Origin: an uncultured delta proteobacterium
Lineage (GTDB): Bacteria; Desulfobacterota; Desulfomonilia; UBA1062
NCBI GenBank assembly: GCA_963785235.1
Contig: CAWAUM010000011.1
Location: 224,001 to 288,000, forward strand
Length of the DNA: 64,000 bases
Direction: 5' to 3'
Within the stretch, counting starts at the first letter, position 1. Each line of letters opens with the position of its first letter. Shown piece after piece: positions 30,102 to 41,963 of this stretch. Under the pieces are notes generated by a model, which searched no databases, was not told where the DNA came from, and was given only the letters and a program-made list of their open reading frames with translations. A program made the translations under genes and the position numbers.

Positions 30102-32538
30102 AGATGACCTTGCGTATGGATACCCCTTCGATAAAGCGCTTCACGTTCGTGTCGGAATACGCAGCGGTTTCCACCTCAGCCTGAGGCGTATCCTTGGGCA
30201 TTTCGATGGTGGCGCGCAGCTTGCCGTTCACCTGTACCGCGATTGTCACATTCGAGTCCTGGGCCCATGTGGGATCGAATTCGGGCCAGGGGTGCTCGAA
30301 GAGCCTGCCTGACAACCCTATGGTTTCCCACAGCTCATCGGCGATATGCGGGACAAAGGGCGAGAGCATGATGATCAGGTGCTCGATGGAATACTTCAGC
30401 ACAGCCGCTTCTTCGGCGTCCTTTACCACTTCTTTTGTCTTATAGAGATCGTTTATGAGCTCCATCATGGCGGCTATGGCCGTATTGAACCGGAAGCGCT
30501 TGTCTATGTCCTCAGTGACCTTGCGGATGGTCTGGTGTGTCTTCCTCATGATGGGCTCTACGGATGCCGGTACCCGGGTAACCTTAGATGTCCCCTCCAT
30601 TGCCTTGATGTCCATGGCAAGACGCCAGAGCCGGGTCAGAAACCGGTAGGTCCCCTCAATACCCTGGTCGCTCCAGTCCATGTCCTTCTCGGGCGGGGCG
30701 GCAAAGAGGGTGAAGAGCCTGGTGGCGTCAGCGCCGTAGCGTGCTATCATGTCTTCGGGATCAATCACGTTACCCTTGGACTTACTCATCTTGGCGCCGT
30801 CTTTGATGACCATGCCCTGGGTCAGCAGCCTCTCAAACGGTTCATCAAATGCCACATAACCCAGGTCGCGCAGCACCATGGTAAAGAACCGTGAGTACAT
30901 GAGGTGCAATATGGCATGCTCGATGCCGCCGATGTACTGGTCCACCGGCATCCAGTACGCAACCTCCTTGGCGTCAAAGGCCTTGTCCTTGTGGTTGGGG
31001 CTGGTATAGCGGATGAAGTACCAGGAGGACTCCACAAAGGTGTCCATGGTGTCGGTCTCACGCTTGGCCTTGCCGCCGCATGAAGGGCACTTCGTGTTCA
31101 CGAATGACTCCACCTGGGCTATGGGTGATTCGCCGGCGCCGGTGAGCTTTACGTCCTCGGGCAGGATAATGGGCAGGTCTTCTTTTTTTACCGGGACGGT
31201 TCCGCACTTTTCGCAGTGCACCACCGGGATGGGTGCGCCCCAGTAACGCTGTCTCGATATGCCCCAGTCACGCAGTTTGAAGTTGATTGTGGGCTCACCC
31301 CTGCCAAGGGACTGGAGATGTTCGGTGATGCCCTTCATGGCGTCGGTATTCTTCATGCCGTTGAACTGCTGTGAATTCACCAGCACACCTTCACCCTCGT
31401 AGGCAGCTTCCATAGTCTCCGCCTTGAGTTCTTCGCCCTCAGGCTGGATGACCACTATGATGGTAAGGCCGTATTTCTTGGCAAACTCGAAGTCGCGCTG
31501 ATCGTGCGAGGGCACGGCCATGACTGCGCCGGTGCCGTAGTCATACAGCACGAAGTTGGCCACATAGATGGGCATCAGAAAGCCGGTGAGCGGATTTGTG
31601 CAGTATTTGCCCGTGAACACGCCCTCTTTCTCATAGGAATCCGAGGTACGGGTGATCTTGTCCTCCTTGAGGGTCTTGTCTATAAAGGCCTTCACTGCTC
31701 CTTCCTGGCCGGTCCCTTTGGGCAGGGTCTTGGCCAGGGGGTGCTCCGGCGCAATGCTCATGAAGGTGGCGCCATAGAGGGTATCGGGTCTGGTGGTGAA
31801 GACCTCGATGTCATCATTGGTGCCATCGATGGCAAACTTCAGGAGCGAGCCTGTGCTCCTGCCGATCCAGTTTCTCTGCATGGTCAGCACGCGCTCGGGC
31901 CAGCCTTCTTTGAGGCGCTCGGTATTGTCTAGAAGCTCCTGGGCGTATTTGGTGATCTTGAAGAACCACTGGTCGTATTCCCTGAGGTACACCTGTGTGC
32001 CGCAGCGCCAGCATGCCCCTGCTTCCACCTGCTCGTTGGCCAGCACGGTCTTGCAGCTGTCGCACCAGTTCAGAAAGGTGCGGTCCTTGTAGACGAGGCC
32101 CTTCTCGAACATCTCTATGAAGAAGAGCTGCTCCCACTGGTAGTAGTTCGCATCACAGGTGGCGATCTCCCGGTCCCAGTCATAGCTGAATCCCATGCGT
32201 TTGAGCTGGACCTTCATGTATGCCATGTTCTCATAAGTCCATTTTTTGGGGTGCACACCGCTTGCAATGGCGGCGTTCTCAGCGGGCATGCCGAAGGCGT
32301 CCCATCCCATGGGATGCAGCACGTTAAAGCCTTTCATCTTCTTGTAGCGGGCCACCACGTCGCCGATGGTATAGTTGCGGACGTGGCCCATGTGGATACG
32401 GCCCGAGGGGTAGGGGAACATCTCCAGGAGATAGTATTTCTGTTTGGAATCATCGACCTCCACCTTGAAGAGCTTGCTGTCTTCCCAGCGCTTCTGCCAT
32501 TTGGCCTCGATCTCCTGAGGTCTGTAGTCCGTCGTCAT
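30055..32538 (-). CDS. leuS: Leucine--tRNA ligase
   Basis: [20 protein letters not shown] and KMSKS; ATG at 32538 preceded by GGAGG. Confidence 0.98.
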   Translation of the reverse strand: MTTDYRPQEIEAKWQKRWEDSKLFKVEVDDSKQKYYLLEMFPYPSGRIHMGHVRNYTIGDVVARYKKMKGFNVLHPMGWDAFGMPAENAAIASGVHPKKWTYENMAYMKVQLKRMGFSYDWDREIATCDANYYQWEQLFFIEMFEKGLVYKDRTFLNWCDSCKTVLANEQVEAGACWRCGTQVYLREYDQWFFKITKYAQELLDNTERLKEGWPERVLTMQRNWIGRSTGSLLKFAIDGTNDDIEVFTTRPDTLYGATFMSIAPEHPLAKTLPKGTGQEGAVKAFIDKTLKEDKITRTSDSYEKEGVFTGKYCTNPLTGFLMPIYVANFVLYDYGTGAVMAVPSHDQRDFEFAKKYGLTIIVVIQPEGEELKAETMEAAYEGEGVLVNSQQFNGMKNTDAMKGITEHLQSLGRGEPTINFKLRDWGISRQRYWGAPIPVVHCEKCGTVPVKKEDLPIILPEDVKLTGAGESPIAQVESFVNTKCPSCGGKAKRETDTMDTFVESSWYFIRYTSPNHKDKAFDAKEVAYWMPVDQYIGGIEHAILHLMYSRFFTMVLRDLGYVAFDEPFERLLTQGMVIKDGAKMSKSKGNVIDPEDMIARYGADATRLFTLFAAPPEKDMDWSDQGIEGTYRFLTRLWRLAMDIKAMEGTSKVTRVPASVEPIMRKTHQTIRKVTEDIDKRFRFNTAIAAMMELINDLYKTKEVVKDAEEAAVLKYSIEHLIIMLSPFVPHIADELWETIGLSGRLFEHPWPEFDPTWAQDSNVTIAVQVNGKLRATIEMPKDTPQAEVETAAYSDTNVKRFIEGVSIRKVIYVPNKIINIIVAAGK

Positions 32539-32654
32539 ACGTTCCTCCACATGAATGGTGAGAGCACAATTAACACAACACCTCCCCTTCGTCCAGTCCC
32601 CGTTCCCGCGTATCGAACCGTACATTCCAAGATGATATACATCTTAAATATTTC

Positions 32655-32740
32655 TTCAGATACAAACCAAAAATTGGCCCGTTAAAATCATGAATCTCGG
32701 TGAAGCCGAGATTCATGATTTTAACGGGTAAGGTTTTTTT
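32655..32740 (-). repeat. Hairpin repeat, copy C
   Basis: Perfect 23-bp inverted repeat at 32678-32700/32706-32728; flanks are the reverse complement of the copy B flanks. Confidence 0.85.
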
Positions 32741-32864
32741 ATCCGAGACCCTTTCCGGAATTGTGCAAAGCTCTTAACTTTTGTAACTGCATTGGTGTCC
32801 CTGAGGTCTCTTCAGGCTCTTTGCGCTTGCATTTCATGGCCATATTGATATGTAAGGGGACACT

Positions 32865-35270
32865 ATGAGGTGGCTCAAATTCATACTTCTTATCATGGTG
32901 ATCATCATTGTCCTGTGTGGAGCAGCAATCTATGTATTCGTACTCAGGGGGCTTCCTTCCCTTGAAGAGCTCAAAGGCGATGAGGTGACCAAGCTCAGCA
33001 AGGTTACCGCTGCCGACGGTACACCCATCGGCTACTTCCCGCCCGAAGGAAGGGTTGTCATGAACGGGCACAACATCCCCATTACCCTCAAGCAGGCCAT
33101 CATCGCTGCAGAGGATTCCACCTTTTATGATCATGTGGGACTTGAACCGCGCAGGATCATAAGTGCATTGCTCGCTGATATCAGGGCAAACTCCTATGTC
33201 CAGGGCGCATCTACCATAACCCAGCAGGTTGTCAGGTCGTATCTGCTCACCAATGAAAAGACCCTTGCCAGGAAGGTCAGGGAGATCGTTCTGGCGCTGC
33301 GCATCGAACAGGCCCTGACCAAAGAGCAGATTTTAAACCTGTACCTTGACCGCATCTACCTGGGAAGCGGGGCCTATGGAGTACAGGCGGCCTCCTTTCG
33401 TTATTTCGGCAAGGAGTGCAGAGAGCTCGAGCTCTCGGAGATGGCACTGCTTGCAGGGCTTGCCCCTGCGCCTACGAGATATTCTCCGCTGAATGATTTC
33501 ACTGCTGCAAAAAGAAGGCAGTGGTATGTCCTTTCCCGCATGGTGTCCGAAGGTTACATTACCGGAGACGAGGCCCGTGAGGCATACAAGGACCCTTTGA
33601 GGATCATAGCCAAGGATGTGGCCCAATTTTCCGAATACCCCTATATCACCGACTATGTGAAGACGCTCGTGACCAAGCAGTTCGGCGAAGATATCTTCAA
33701 CAAAGGGATCATTATCCGCACTTCGATAATACCTGAGCTCCAGCGCTCGGCAATGCTCGCTGTCCGCAAGGGGGTTATCGAGCTGGAGATGAGACAGGGC
33801 AAGTATCGTGGCCCCATAAAGGATGTACCCCAAAGCGATGGTACGCTCAAGCCATTGGCCCTGCCGACAAGGATCGCATCTTTGCATTGCAGTCAAACCA
33901 GCTTGCATGGAAAGGATACGAACCCTATGAGCTCTATTGGGCAGAGGTGACAAGACTGGATCCATTAACGGTAAAACTCGGCACCAGAAGCCTGGAACTC
34001 GGCCCGGGCAGCTACGCCTGGATCAACCCCAAGGGGAATTGGAATCCCGGCAGCGTGCTCAAGCCCGGCGATCTCATAGCAGCTCTGCTCTACGCCCGGC
34101 GGTTTTGTGATCTCGCAACACCCTCAGGTTCAGGGGGTGCTTGTAGCCTTTGATTTGGAAAAGGCCGGCATCCTTGCCATGGTTGGAGGGGTCGACTATG
34201 CCCAGAGCCAGTTCAACAGGGCCATATACGCAAGGAGGCAGAGCGGTTCGGCAATAAAACCCTTCATCTATGCGGCAGCTATCGACAAGGGGCTGACCCC
34301 GGCCTCCATCATCTTCGACTCGCCGGTGACCTATAATGCCGGGGCGGATGAGGAAATGTGGCAACCTAAAAACTACGAAAACCGCTTCTATGGTGCAACC
34401 ACATTGAGGACCGGCCTTGTCCTGTCAAGAAACGTGGTTACCATAAAGATTTTAAACCAGATCGGCCTTGATTTTGCCATCTCATATATCAGACGGTTCG
34501 ACATGCAATCGGATCTGCCTCGGAACCTTTCCCTGGCCCTGGGTTCAGGTTCGGTAACCCCTATTAACCTCTTTAAGGGGTATGCCGAGCTGGCCATCTA
34601 TGGTCAGAAGTTTGATCCCCATATGATCGAGAGCATTGTCCAAAGCGGAAAGGGGACTATCTTTCGTGCCCCTGCAGGCCCGGCAGCACTTACTTCTCCT
34701 GTTGTACCTGCGGTAACCGCCGGAACCGAAGGCATTACGGCAGATACGGCCTCTTTGACCAATGTCTTGCAAGATGGTATTGATGCCATCACGTCTATAC
34801 CGGACCGGGGAGTTATCTCATCTCAGACGGCCTTCATTATCACGAACATCCTCAAGGACGTGGTGCAGGCGGGAACAGGTTGGCGTGCAAAGGCGCTTAT
34901 GAGGCCTATTGCGGGAAAGACAGGTACCAGCGATGACAGCAAGGATACCTGGTTTATCGGATACTCCCCTGATGTCTTATGCGGTGTATGGGTCGGCTAT
35001 GACAGCATGACTTCGCTTGGCGCGAATGAGACAGGCGGTAAAACCGCATGCCCAATATTTGTCGACTTCATGACAACAGCGTTGCGTGACAGGCCTGTGC
35101 GCGACTTCAGGGTCCCTGCGGGTGTGGTATTCGCCAGGGTCAACTCCAATACGGGCAAAGGGGCTGGTGAGGATTCTCTGGAATCACGTTTTGAGGTCTT
35201 TAAGCAAGGCAGCGTACCTGCAGCCGAGAAGGCCGTTAATGATGATCAATTGTTAAAGGAGGTCTTCTGA
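32865..35270 (+). CDS. mrcA: Penicillin-binding protein 1A (frameshifts near 33860-33890 and 34080)
   Basis: Transglycosylase motifs (AEDSTFYDH, QGASTITQQ, RKVREI) and transpeptidase motifs (GSAIKP, SRN, KTGT). Confidence 0.9.
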
Positions 35271-37057
35271 TGCATGTCCGTGCGGTCTTGCTTCTGGTTG
35301 CCCTGATCGCATATTCGCTGAGTGTTTTTGCTGCGGACATCACCCTTGTGAAACATGCAAGGAGGGCCAAGCCTCTTGGGGCGAGTCAGTATGTAGTGAA
35401 GGAAGGCGATACCTTGCGAAGGATTCTGATGGAGGGATACAACGCAAAGGAGGAAGACCTTCCTACTCTCTATAAGAGATTCAGGCAGGAAAATCCCGGC
35501 ATAGCAGATCTTGATTACATACCTTCAGGCACCAAGATCGTGGTCCCCATAAAAGGAGAGCCCGGCCTTGTTGCCGACCAGAAGAAACCCCCTGGCGAGC
35601 TTGAGGTGAGAGAGGCTTCTCCCAATGAATACGTCATAAAGCAGGGTGAGTATCTCGCCAGGATCATGAGGAAGGTGTACGGTGTCTCGGATGACCTCAT
35701 CTTTCATGAGTACATGGCCCTGGTAAAGAAATTAAACCCCGGGATCAGCGATCCGAACCTTATCAAGGCGGGTCAAAAGCTTATTCTGCCGGACATCAAA
35801 CGGGTAATGGCCAAGGCAAAGAATTCCCAGGGGCCTGCTGCCGGAGTGTTATCGGTTTCAACCGCGGGCGTACCCCCACAAGATGTAAGCAATAATACCC
35901 CTCCTGCCCTGATAAGTGATGCATCAGTCCCTCAGGCAAAGCAGGATACGGATGCATCCGAGCAGCTTCCCAAAACGGCCCCTGCAGCGCCCCCTGTGTT
36001 GCCCGGAGTGAAACAGGCAAGTAATGGCAAATCGCCGGAACCCGGGAAAGCCAGGGATCTGAAGATGGTCAAAGGTGCAGTCCTGCCGGCCCTGAAGAAC
36101 ATGGGGGGTACGAAGAGGGACAAAGGGATATATTATATGCCGACCTCGGGAGGCACCGGGTTGTCCATCAACACCTCCGAGATCCCTGTCATGGAACTCG
36201 ATACGGGGAAGAAGATAATTTTTGACATGAACGGGACCATCAGCACCGAGGTTAAAGGGTATATCGAGAAGGCCTTCCCATCTTTCACCGTTGTATCCGG
36301 TTCGCAAGGGGACCTAGAGGGCCTGATGGACAAGGTCTTAAGCGTTTCCGGCTATTTCTCCATCAATAAAGACTCAAGTCCTCTTCTCGTGGGAGCAGAA
36401 GAAAAACTAAGATTTTTCGGCAAGTGGATCGTATACAAGGACTTCTCCCGAAACAATGTGTTTGTCGTTAATCTCCTGGGCAATGAAGATCAGAAGACGC
36501 CCGGCGGCATTAGAAACTATGCTAAGCATTTTGGTATCGACCTCATTGAGATCGGCGGTAAAGACACAGGGAGTGCACTGAAAAAATCCGCACAAGTTGC
36601 TGACCTGAATCACTCGTATCCGGCCCTTTTGGGCCGTCTTAAGATCCCTCATGATACGAATAAGGAGATAGACCTGGTAAAAAGCGGCGTGGTGAAGATA
36701 ACCTACAAGGCCCCGGTGCTTACGGGTAAGGTCGTACTCACCGATGTCATGCCTGAAACGGATATGGCCTCACTGCTTCATGAGAAGTCATATGTGTTGC
36801 TGAATACCGGCACAGCTGGGCCTGTTGATGTGCTGGGCGCTCTCGGGCTGGAATTTGAAGGCCCCCCCCTGAAGATGACAATAGCCAAGGGAAGGACAGA
36901 ACTGGAGATCCCTGGAATACGTCTTGGGAACAATATCATCCTCTTAAAGAAGATCGATAAAGATATAGCGGCCTATCTTGCAGATTTCGGGGATGAAGGT
37001 GATGGTGTGGTAAGGCCCCCGATAGGGGGACAGGGTCACAATGAAAAGACTAGATAA
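35270..37057 (+). CDS. Secreted LysM-domain protein
   Basis: Signal peptide, two LysM-like repeats (YVVKEGDTL..NP..I; YVIKQGEYL..LNP..PNLIKAGQKLILP) and a Pro/Ala-rich linker; coupled to the PBP gene. Confidence 0.8.
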   Translation: MHVRAVLLLVALIAYSLSVFAADITLVKHARRAKPLGASQYVVKEGDTLRRILMEGYNAKEEDLPTLYKRFRQENPGIADLDYIPSGTKIVVPIKGEPGLVADQKKPPGELEVREASPNEYVIKQGEYLARIMRKVYGVSDDLIFHEYMALVKKLNPGISDPNLIKAGQKLILPDIKRVMAKAKNSQGPAAGVLSVSTAGVPPQDVSNNTPPALISDASVPQAKQDTDASEQLPKTAPAAPPVLPGVKQASNGKSPEPGKARDLKMVKGAVLPALKNMGGTKRDKGIYYMPTSGGTGLSINTSEIPVMELDTGKKIIFDMNGTISTEVKGYIEKAFPSFTVVSGSQGDLEGLMDKVLSVSGYFSINKDSSPLLVGAEEKLRFFGKWIVYKDFSRNNVFVVNLLGNEDQKTPGGIRNYAKHFGIDLIEIGGKDTGSALKKSAQVADLNHSYPALLGRLKIPHDTNKEIDLVKSGVVKITYKAPVLTGKVVLTDVMPETDMASLLHEKSYVLLNTGTAGPVDVLGALGLEFEGPPLKMTIAKGRTELEIPGIRLGNNIILLKKIDKDIAAYLADFGDEGDGVVRPPIGGQGHNEKTR

Positions 37058-37075
37058 CTTTATGCCCTGGGTTAA

Positions 37076-38392
37076 TTATATTTTTGCCGTGGAGATGAAA
37101 CATGTTCCCCCTGACCCACTGCCTTCATTAATTGGTTTATCCTCTGTTGTGAATGATACTGAATAATCTGATTTCATTGAATTTCCAGTAAGGTCTTTAA
37201 CACCATTACTTCCACCCCTTAAGGTTATCGTATAGGGTGTGGAAAATGCATCTGCACCACTTACAGAGACGGCCATGCCATTAGGAGAGAGACTCAGCTT
37301 TGCGGGAACTGTTGTCGAACCAGACGTCATAATTATTGTTGAACTGGTAATGGTTGCCGCATTGAGCTTCTCTGTAAATGAAAACTCTATGGGATTTGAT
37401 ACATAGGCCTTTCCGCCAGTACCCTCGATTCTGTCGTAATAGATCACGGGTGGTATTGAATCTGTTCTGCTGTAAGTAACCATCACGCCATTTTTGCATG
37501 CGAAGTAAACCTTTCCCGAGGTGCTTCCCCATATTGCATAAATGTCAACAAGAGAGGTATTTCCCAGCTTGGTCCATGAAATCCCGTCGTAATGATATAC
37601 GGCACCGTAATCGCCTGCAGCAAAGACGTCAGTTGGACCACTTCCCCAGAGACTGTTGAATTTAATGCCGCTGGATGTAGCCGCGAGTTTCCATGTCCCA
37701 TCATAGTGAAGTATGTCCCCATATGAGCCCGCGGCATAGATATCTAAGGTAGATGATCCCCAGAGGGCACGGATATCCTGGCTGGTTCCTGAGCTTGCAG
37801 AACTCCATTCACTGCCGTTAAAATGGAACAGCTTACCAAGTTCGCCACCAGTGTATACATCATTTGCAGAACTGCCCCAGATGCAATAAAGGTTGATCCC
37901 GGTTGTAATAGTAATGGGAGATGCCAGTTTAGAGGATGTCAGGTTGGTCCATGAGCTTCCGTTAAAGAACAGAATTGTGCCTAACGAACCAACGGCATAG
38001 GCGTTTGTGACCGATGCTCCCCAGATGGCATTAAGGCTAAGGCCATTCAATGATGGGTATTTAACCCACCTGAGGCTATCATTGAGAAAAATATTTCCAA
38101 AATTATCTGTAGTGATAATGACAATGGGTGATATTCCCCACACTGCCATCAGATCATAGGGGGTATTGCTTTGTATCCATGCAGACTCTTGCCATGAGGT
38201 TCCATCATAACTCAAGAATGTACCATTTGCTCCGGCAACATAGATATCCTCGTCCGTTGCGCCCCAAATGGCATTGAGATTCTGATCGACAAGGGTAGTT
38301 GCTTGCCAATCATCCGCGCAATAACCAAAACAAGGCGAAAGAAGAATAAGGAATAATGCTGTGAGCACACCGTATAATACGTTTGTTCTCAT
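37076..38392 (-). CDS. Secreted beta-propeller repeat protein with Ig-like domain and C-terminal GG-CFI motif
   Basis: About seven repeats of L-x-x-I/L-W-G-x3-D-I/V-Y-x-x-G-x2-G...Y/F-D/N-G-x-x-W; SbsA/Big_5-like domain ending SVSFTT; tail GSGSGGTCFISTAKI. Confidence 0.75.
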   Translation of the reverse strand: MRTNVLYGVLTALFLILLSPCFGYCADDWQATTLVDQNLNAIWGATDEDIYVAGANGTFLSYDGTSWQESAWIQSNTPYDLMAVWGISPIVIITTDNFGNIFLNDSLRWVKYPSLNGLSLNAIWGASVTNAYAVGSLGTILFFNGSSWTNLTSSKLASPITITTGINLYCIWGSSANDVYTGGELGKLFHFNGSEWSSASSGTSQDIRALWGSSTLDIYAAGSYGDILHYDGTWKLAATSSGIKFNSLWGSGPTDVFAAGDYGAVYHYDGISWTKLGNTSLVDIYAIWGSTSGKVYFACKNGVMVTYSRTDSIPPVIYYDRIEGTGGKAYVSNPIEFSFTEKLNAATITSSTIIMTSGSTTVPAKLSLSPNGMAVSVSGADAFSTPYTITLRGGSNGVKDLTGNSMKSDYSVSFTTEDKPINEGSGSGGTCFISTAKI

Positions 38393-38585
38393 AATGTATC
38401 CTTTCCAGAAATACCCAAGGATGGTTTATTTCAATATATATGTATAATTATAATAACGACGACCTTTGGTCTTTTCAATTCTTTTCTCGACAAAATCCTT
38501 TCTATGATCACATCCATAAAGATATGAGAGCAGGTAAAAGTACAGTATGGTATACATTGTCTGACAAACCACTAAGATTTTTGTA

Positions 38586-40025
38586 TTATTGATGATAAAT
38601 GGTCAGTTTGTCGCCGGGTTTGATCTGTGCAGTGGAGGTCAGCTGGTTCCACCGAAGGATGTCCACGGTGGAGACATAGAACTGTTTTGAGATCCCCCAG
38701 AGGGTATCGCCTTTCTTTACCTTATACTTGGTAGACTTCACGTGTGCCTGTTTGCTTTGTGCCGAGGGGATGATAAGTGCTATTCCTAATTTCAGGCCCT
38801 GTTTTTTGGAGATCCGGTTCGCCTTGGTAATGGCATCTACACTTGAGGAATATTTCCTGGCAAGGGAATATAAGGTGTCGCCCTTACGCACGGTATGATT
38901 AACGTTTGTGGCGGATTCTTCGTTGGTATCCGGTTGGGCTGCAATACCTTTCTTTGATGATTTCGGCGTGTTTCTGCGGACCTTATCCCCGCCATTCTTT
39001 ATTGACAAAGACTGGGCGTCAGTAAAGGATTCAGGGTTATTATCCGCCAAGGACACAGTAAGGCCGCTGTTTGATTTTGCGATTCTATCCAGATACTCCT
39101 GGCTATCCACTGTCTCGGGTGTCCCGGGGGCAGTGCCCGGCAAGGGATTCGGCAGCCCGTAGGCGTTACGGTTTTTAGCCAGGATGACAGTGGCGATATA
39201 TTTCGGCACATAATCGATAGTCTCAGGCTTTATGTTCATGGAATTGTTTATGTCCCAGAATGTGTAAACCCCATGGTTTTTCATGAGACGGATGAGCGTC
39301 CCTTCTCCTGCGTTGTATGCAGCAATAGCCAAATACCAATCGCCGAAGATGGAATAGAGGTGTCTCAGGTACTGTGCTGCTGCTTGTGTGGATTTCTCCA
39401 GGTGTTTACGCTCATCCACATATTTGTTCACTTGCAGGCCATATCTCTTTGCGGTATCCGGGATGAACTGCCAGTAACCAGTTGCTCCGGAGCTTGAGAC
39501 TGCATGCGGGTTGGCATTACTCTCAACCAGGCATAAGTAGACGAGGTCCTTGGGGATGCCGTTTTGTTTGAATATCCGCTCCAATGTAGGGCGTATCTTA
39601 TCAAGCCTGGACAGAGAGCCCTTGAATGCATCACGGTCTTTAACCGAGAGGCGTTCGATCCAGAGCTGCACTATGGCATTGACCTCATAGGTGCCGTCTG
39701 CAGTCTTTTTTTTCTGCGGTTTCCCCTTTTTCTGAACAAGCTCATCCTCCTTCATTTTTCCCGGGATTATTTCTTTGGATTCTTCCTGGATCTGGGGTAA
39801 ATCGATTTCTTTGGGAGGCTGCTCTTTTAGTGTCATAGGTTCCTGGATTGAGCTAAGGTCCAGAACCTGACTAGGCGGATGTGTCGGCGGATAGTTGGAA
39901 TGGAGGTCGTGCGCGCATCCAAGCAGTGCGAACACAAAGGTATACATGAGTGTTGCCCTGAACGAGTTCATTCTCATCAACCTCCGAATTGTTGTTTTTT
40001 TATCTGGATTGGATGAAACCTTCAA
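38586..40025 (-). CDS. Lytic murein transglycosylase with LysM domains (MltD-like)
   Basis: LVES, GATGYWQFIP, AAYNAGEG and ETIDYVPK; two LysM domains; lipobox LLGC. Confidence 0.9.
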   Translation of the reverse strand: MKVSSNPDKKTTIRRLMRMNSFRATLMYTFVFALLGCAHDLHSNYPPTHPPSQVLDLSSIQEPMTLKEQPPKEIDLPQIQEESKEIIPGKMKEDELVQKKGKPQKKKTADGTYEVNAIVQLWIERLSVKDRDAFKGSLSRLDKIRPTLERIFKQNGIPKDLVYLCLVESNANPHAVSSSGATGYWQFIPDTAKRYGLQVNKYVDERKHLEKSTQAAAQYLRHLYSIFGDWYLAIAAYNAGEGTLIRLMKNHGVYTFWDINNSMNIKPETIDYVPKYIATVILAKNRNAYGLPNPLPGTAPGTPETVDSQEYLDRIAKSNSGLTVSLADNNPESFTDAQSLSIKNGGDKVRRNTPKSSKKGIAAQPDTNEESATNVNHTVRKGDTLYSLARKYSSSVDAITKANRISKKQGLKLGIALIIPSAQSKQAHVKSTKYKVKKGDTLWGISKQFYVSTVDILRWNQLTSTAQIKPGDKLTIYHQ

Positions 40026-40114
40026 CCCTTTTTTTCATCTAAAAATACGGATTGTTGGTACCGATAGATTTAATTAACTTTTAGGTCATATTTTATAAAG
40101 GAGATAAATGATAA

Positions 40115-40972
40115 ATGCAACTCCCAATTGTACACAATAATGCTGTTGCGGCGCTCATCAGTAAATTTGATCGATTACCCGCACTGACCAAAGAGGAAGA
40201 ATCCAACCTGGCCTTGCGTTTAAAGGAAAAGGGCGATATCGATGCCGCCCAGAGGCTTATCACTGCCAACTTGCGCAACGTTGTCCGTATCGCCATGGAT
40301 TATAGCGGTTATGGGCTCCCCATGGAGGACATTATCCAGGAAGGCACTATCGGCTTGATGATAGCCGTGAAAAAGTTTGATCCCCATAAGGGATACAGGC
40401 TTATGACTTATGCCGTCTGGTGGGTCAAGGCCATGATTCACGATTATATACTCAGGTTCTACTCACAGGTGAAACTTGGCACTACCAAGCTGCAGAAGAG
40501 GCTCTTTTACGGTCTTAACCGTATGTCGGCCGAGGAGGATGTAGTTGACGAACACATAACCGAGAAGTCCCATGCCCTTTCGGCCAGGCTCGATGCTGAT
40601 CCCCAAGCCATCGAGGAGATCATATCACGTCTGACCAACAGAGATCAGTCCCTCGACAGCCCCATGACGGACGGAAGTGACTCCAGTTTTATGGATTTCC
40701 TGGTGGATACAAGGGCAACTCCCGAGGACAGGGTCATGGAGTCCCAGCGGGCGTCTTTTGTTAAGGGCCAGATTGACGCCGCCCTTGAAAAGCTATCGCC
40801 GCGCGAGCAGGAAATCGCCCGGCAGCGCCTCATGGCAGAGAACCCATTGACATTGGAGGATTTAGGAAGGCAATATGCCATTTCCAAAGAGAGGGTCAGG
40901 CAGATCGAGAATAACGTGAAGGTCAAACTCAAGAAGGCCCTTGCAGGTCATCTAGATCTCATGCTGCCATAA
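40115..40972 (+). CDS. rpoH: RNA polymerase sigma factor, RpoH (sigma32) family
   Basis: DIIQEGTIGLMIAVKKFDP, YAVWWVKA, RpoH-box-like QKRLFYGL and ISKERVRQIE. Confidence 0.85.
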   Translation: MQLPIVHNNAVAALISKFDRLPALTKEEESNLALRLKEKGDIDAAQRLITANLRNVVRIAMDYSGYGLPMEDIIQEGTIGLMIAVKKFDPHKGYRLMTYAVWWVKAMIHDYILRFYSQVKLGTTKLQKRLFYGLNRMSAEEDVVDEHITEKSHALSARLDADPQAIEEIISRLTNRDQSLDSPMTDGSDSSFMDFLVDTRATPEDRVMESQRASFVKGQIDAALEKLSPREQEIARQRLMAENPLTLEDLGRQYAISKERVRQIENNVKVKLKKALAGHLDLMLP

Positions 40973-40990
40973 AAATTAAGGGGTATTTCC

Positions 40991-41437
40991 ATGATAACCC
41001 GCAAGAAGGCATTTGCAGAAGATCTCCTGCTCCTTCAGGACAGGATGAACAGGGTTTTTGAGGAGAGTCTGAGGGAAACCGGTATTTCCCGGAATCCAGG
41101 ACAGTGGATTCCCTACGTGGATATGTTTGAGGATGATGTATCGCTTATACTCAAGGTCGAGCTTCCTGGTGTGAGGCGCGAGGATATTGGACTCGATATT
41201 ACTGAGGGTATTCTCACCATCAGCGGCAAGAAGCCCTTTGAGCACGAGGAAACCTCTGAGAGTTTTCATGTCATGGAGCGGCAATACGGGCTTTTCAAGA
41301 GATCTTTCACCTTGCCCGGGTCGGTGGATGTTGAGAGCATTGAAGCCGGATATCATGCAGGTGTCCTGGAGGTGGTCCTTCCAAAACCCGCGGACACGAA
41401 GTCGAGAAGGATACCCATTATCAGGCAAGGCGATTAA
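40991..41437 (+). CDS. Hsp20/alpha-crystallin family protein
   Basis: ELPGV, ERQYGLFKRSFTLP, GVLEVVLPK and IPI tail. Confidence 0.93.
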   Translation: MITRKKAFAEDLLLLQDRMNRVFEESLRETGISRNPGQWIPYVDMFEDDVSLILKVELPGVRREDIGLDITEGILTISGKKPFEHEETSESFHVMERQYGLFKRSFTLPGSVDVESIEAGYHAGVLEVVLPKPADTKSRRIPIIRQGD

Positions 41438-41963
41438 AGATCGCAAGGTTCAGGGTATTCATCGCACTCTTTTTCGATATGATATCAACTAACTTAAAGG
41501 GATGGGGGAGTTCAGGCGTACTGAGGGTGAAAAGGTAATAAAGCCTCCCTCCCGGCATGAGGAGCTTCAAACAGACATCTTCCAAGGTGCTCAGTGGTGA
41601 AAATGACCTTGCGAGTACGGCATCGAATTGCCCGACTTCATCATGGAAAGGGTCATGTGGGAGGATTTCCACATCAGATAGGTTAAGCAATTCGATTGTA
41701 TGCTGCAAGAAGGTGCATTTTTTGACGCTCCGCTCAATCAGGCAGATATGCGAGTCAGGATGGAGGATTTTGTAAGGGATTGCAGGCAATCCTGATCCTG
41801 AGCCAAGATCGGCAAGAACAGGCTCTTCTATTTGCATTAGCAGGGGCAGCATTACTTCAAGCTCATCTTCAATACCTGTAAGCATAGAAGGCCCCATCAG
41901 GTGGAGCTTGCCGTTATAACGCCTCAGCTCCCGGATCCATGTTTTTAGCCTCTCGTCCATCAT
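41421..41963 (-). CDS. rsmG: 16S rRNA m7G methyltransferase RsmG
   Basis: DLGSGSGLPAIP, KKCTFL and FDAVLARSF. Confidence 0.85.
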   Translation of the reverse strand: MMDERLKTWIRELRRYNGKLHLMGPSMLTGIEDELEVMLPLLMQIEEPVLADLGSGSGLPAIPYKILHPDSHICLIERSVKKCTFLQHTIELLNLSDVEILPHDPFHDEVGQFDAVLARSFSPLSTLEDVCLKLLMPGGRLYYLFTLSTPELPHPFKLVDIISKKSAMNTLNLAIFNRLA

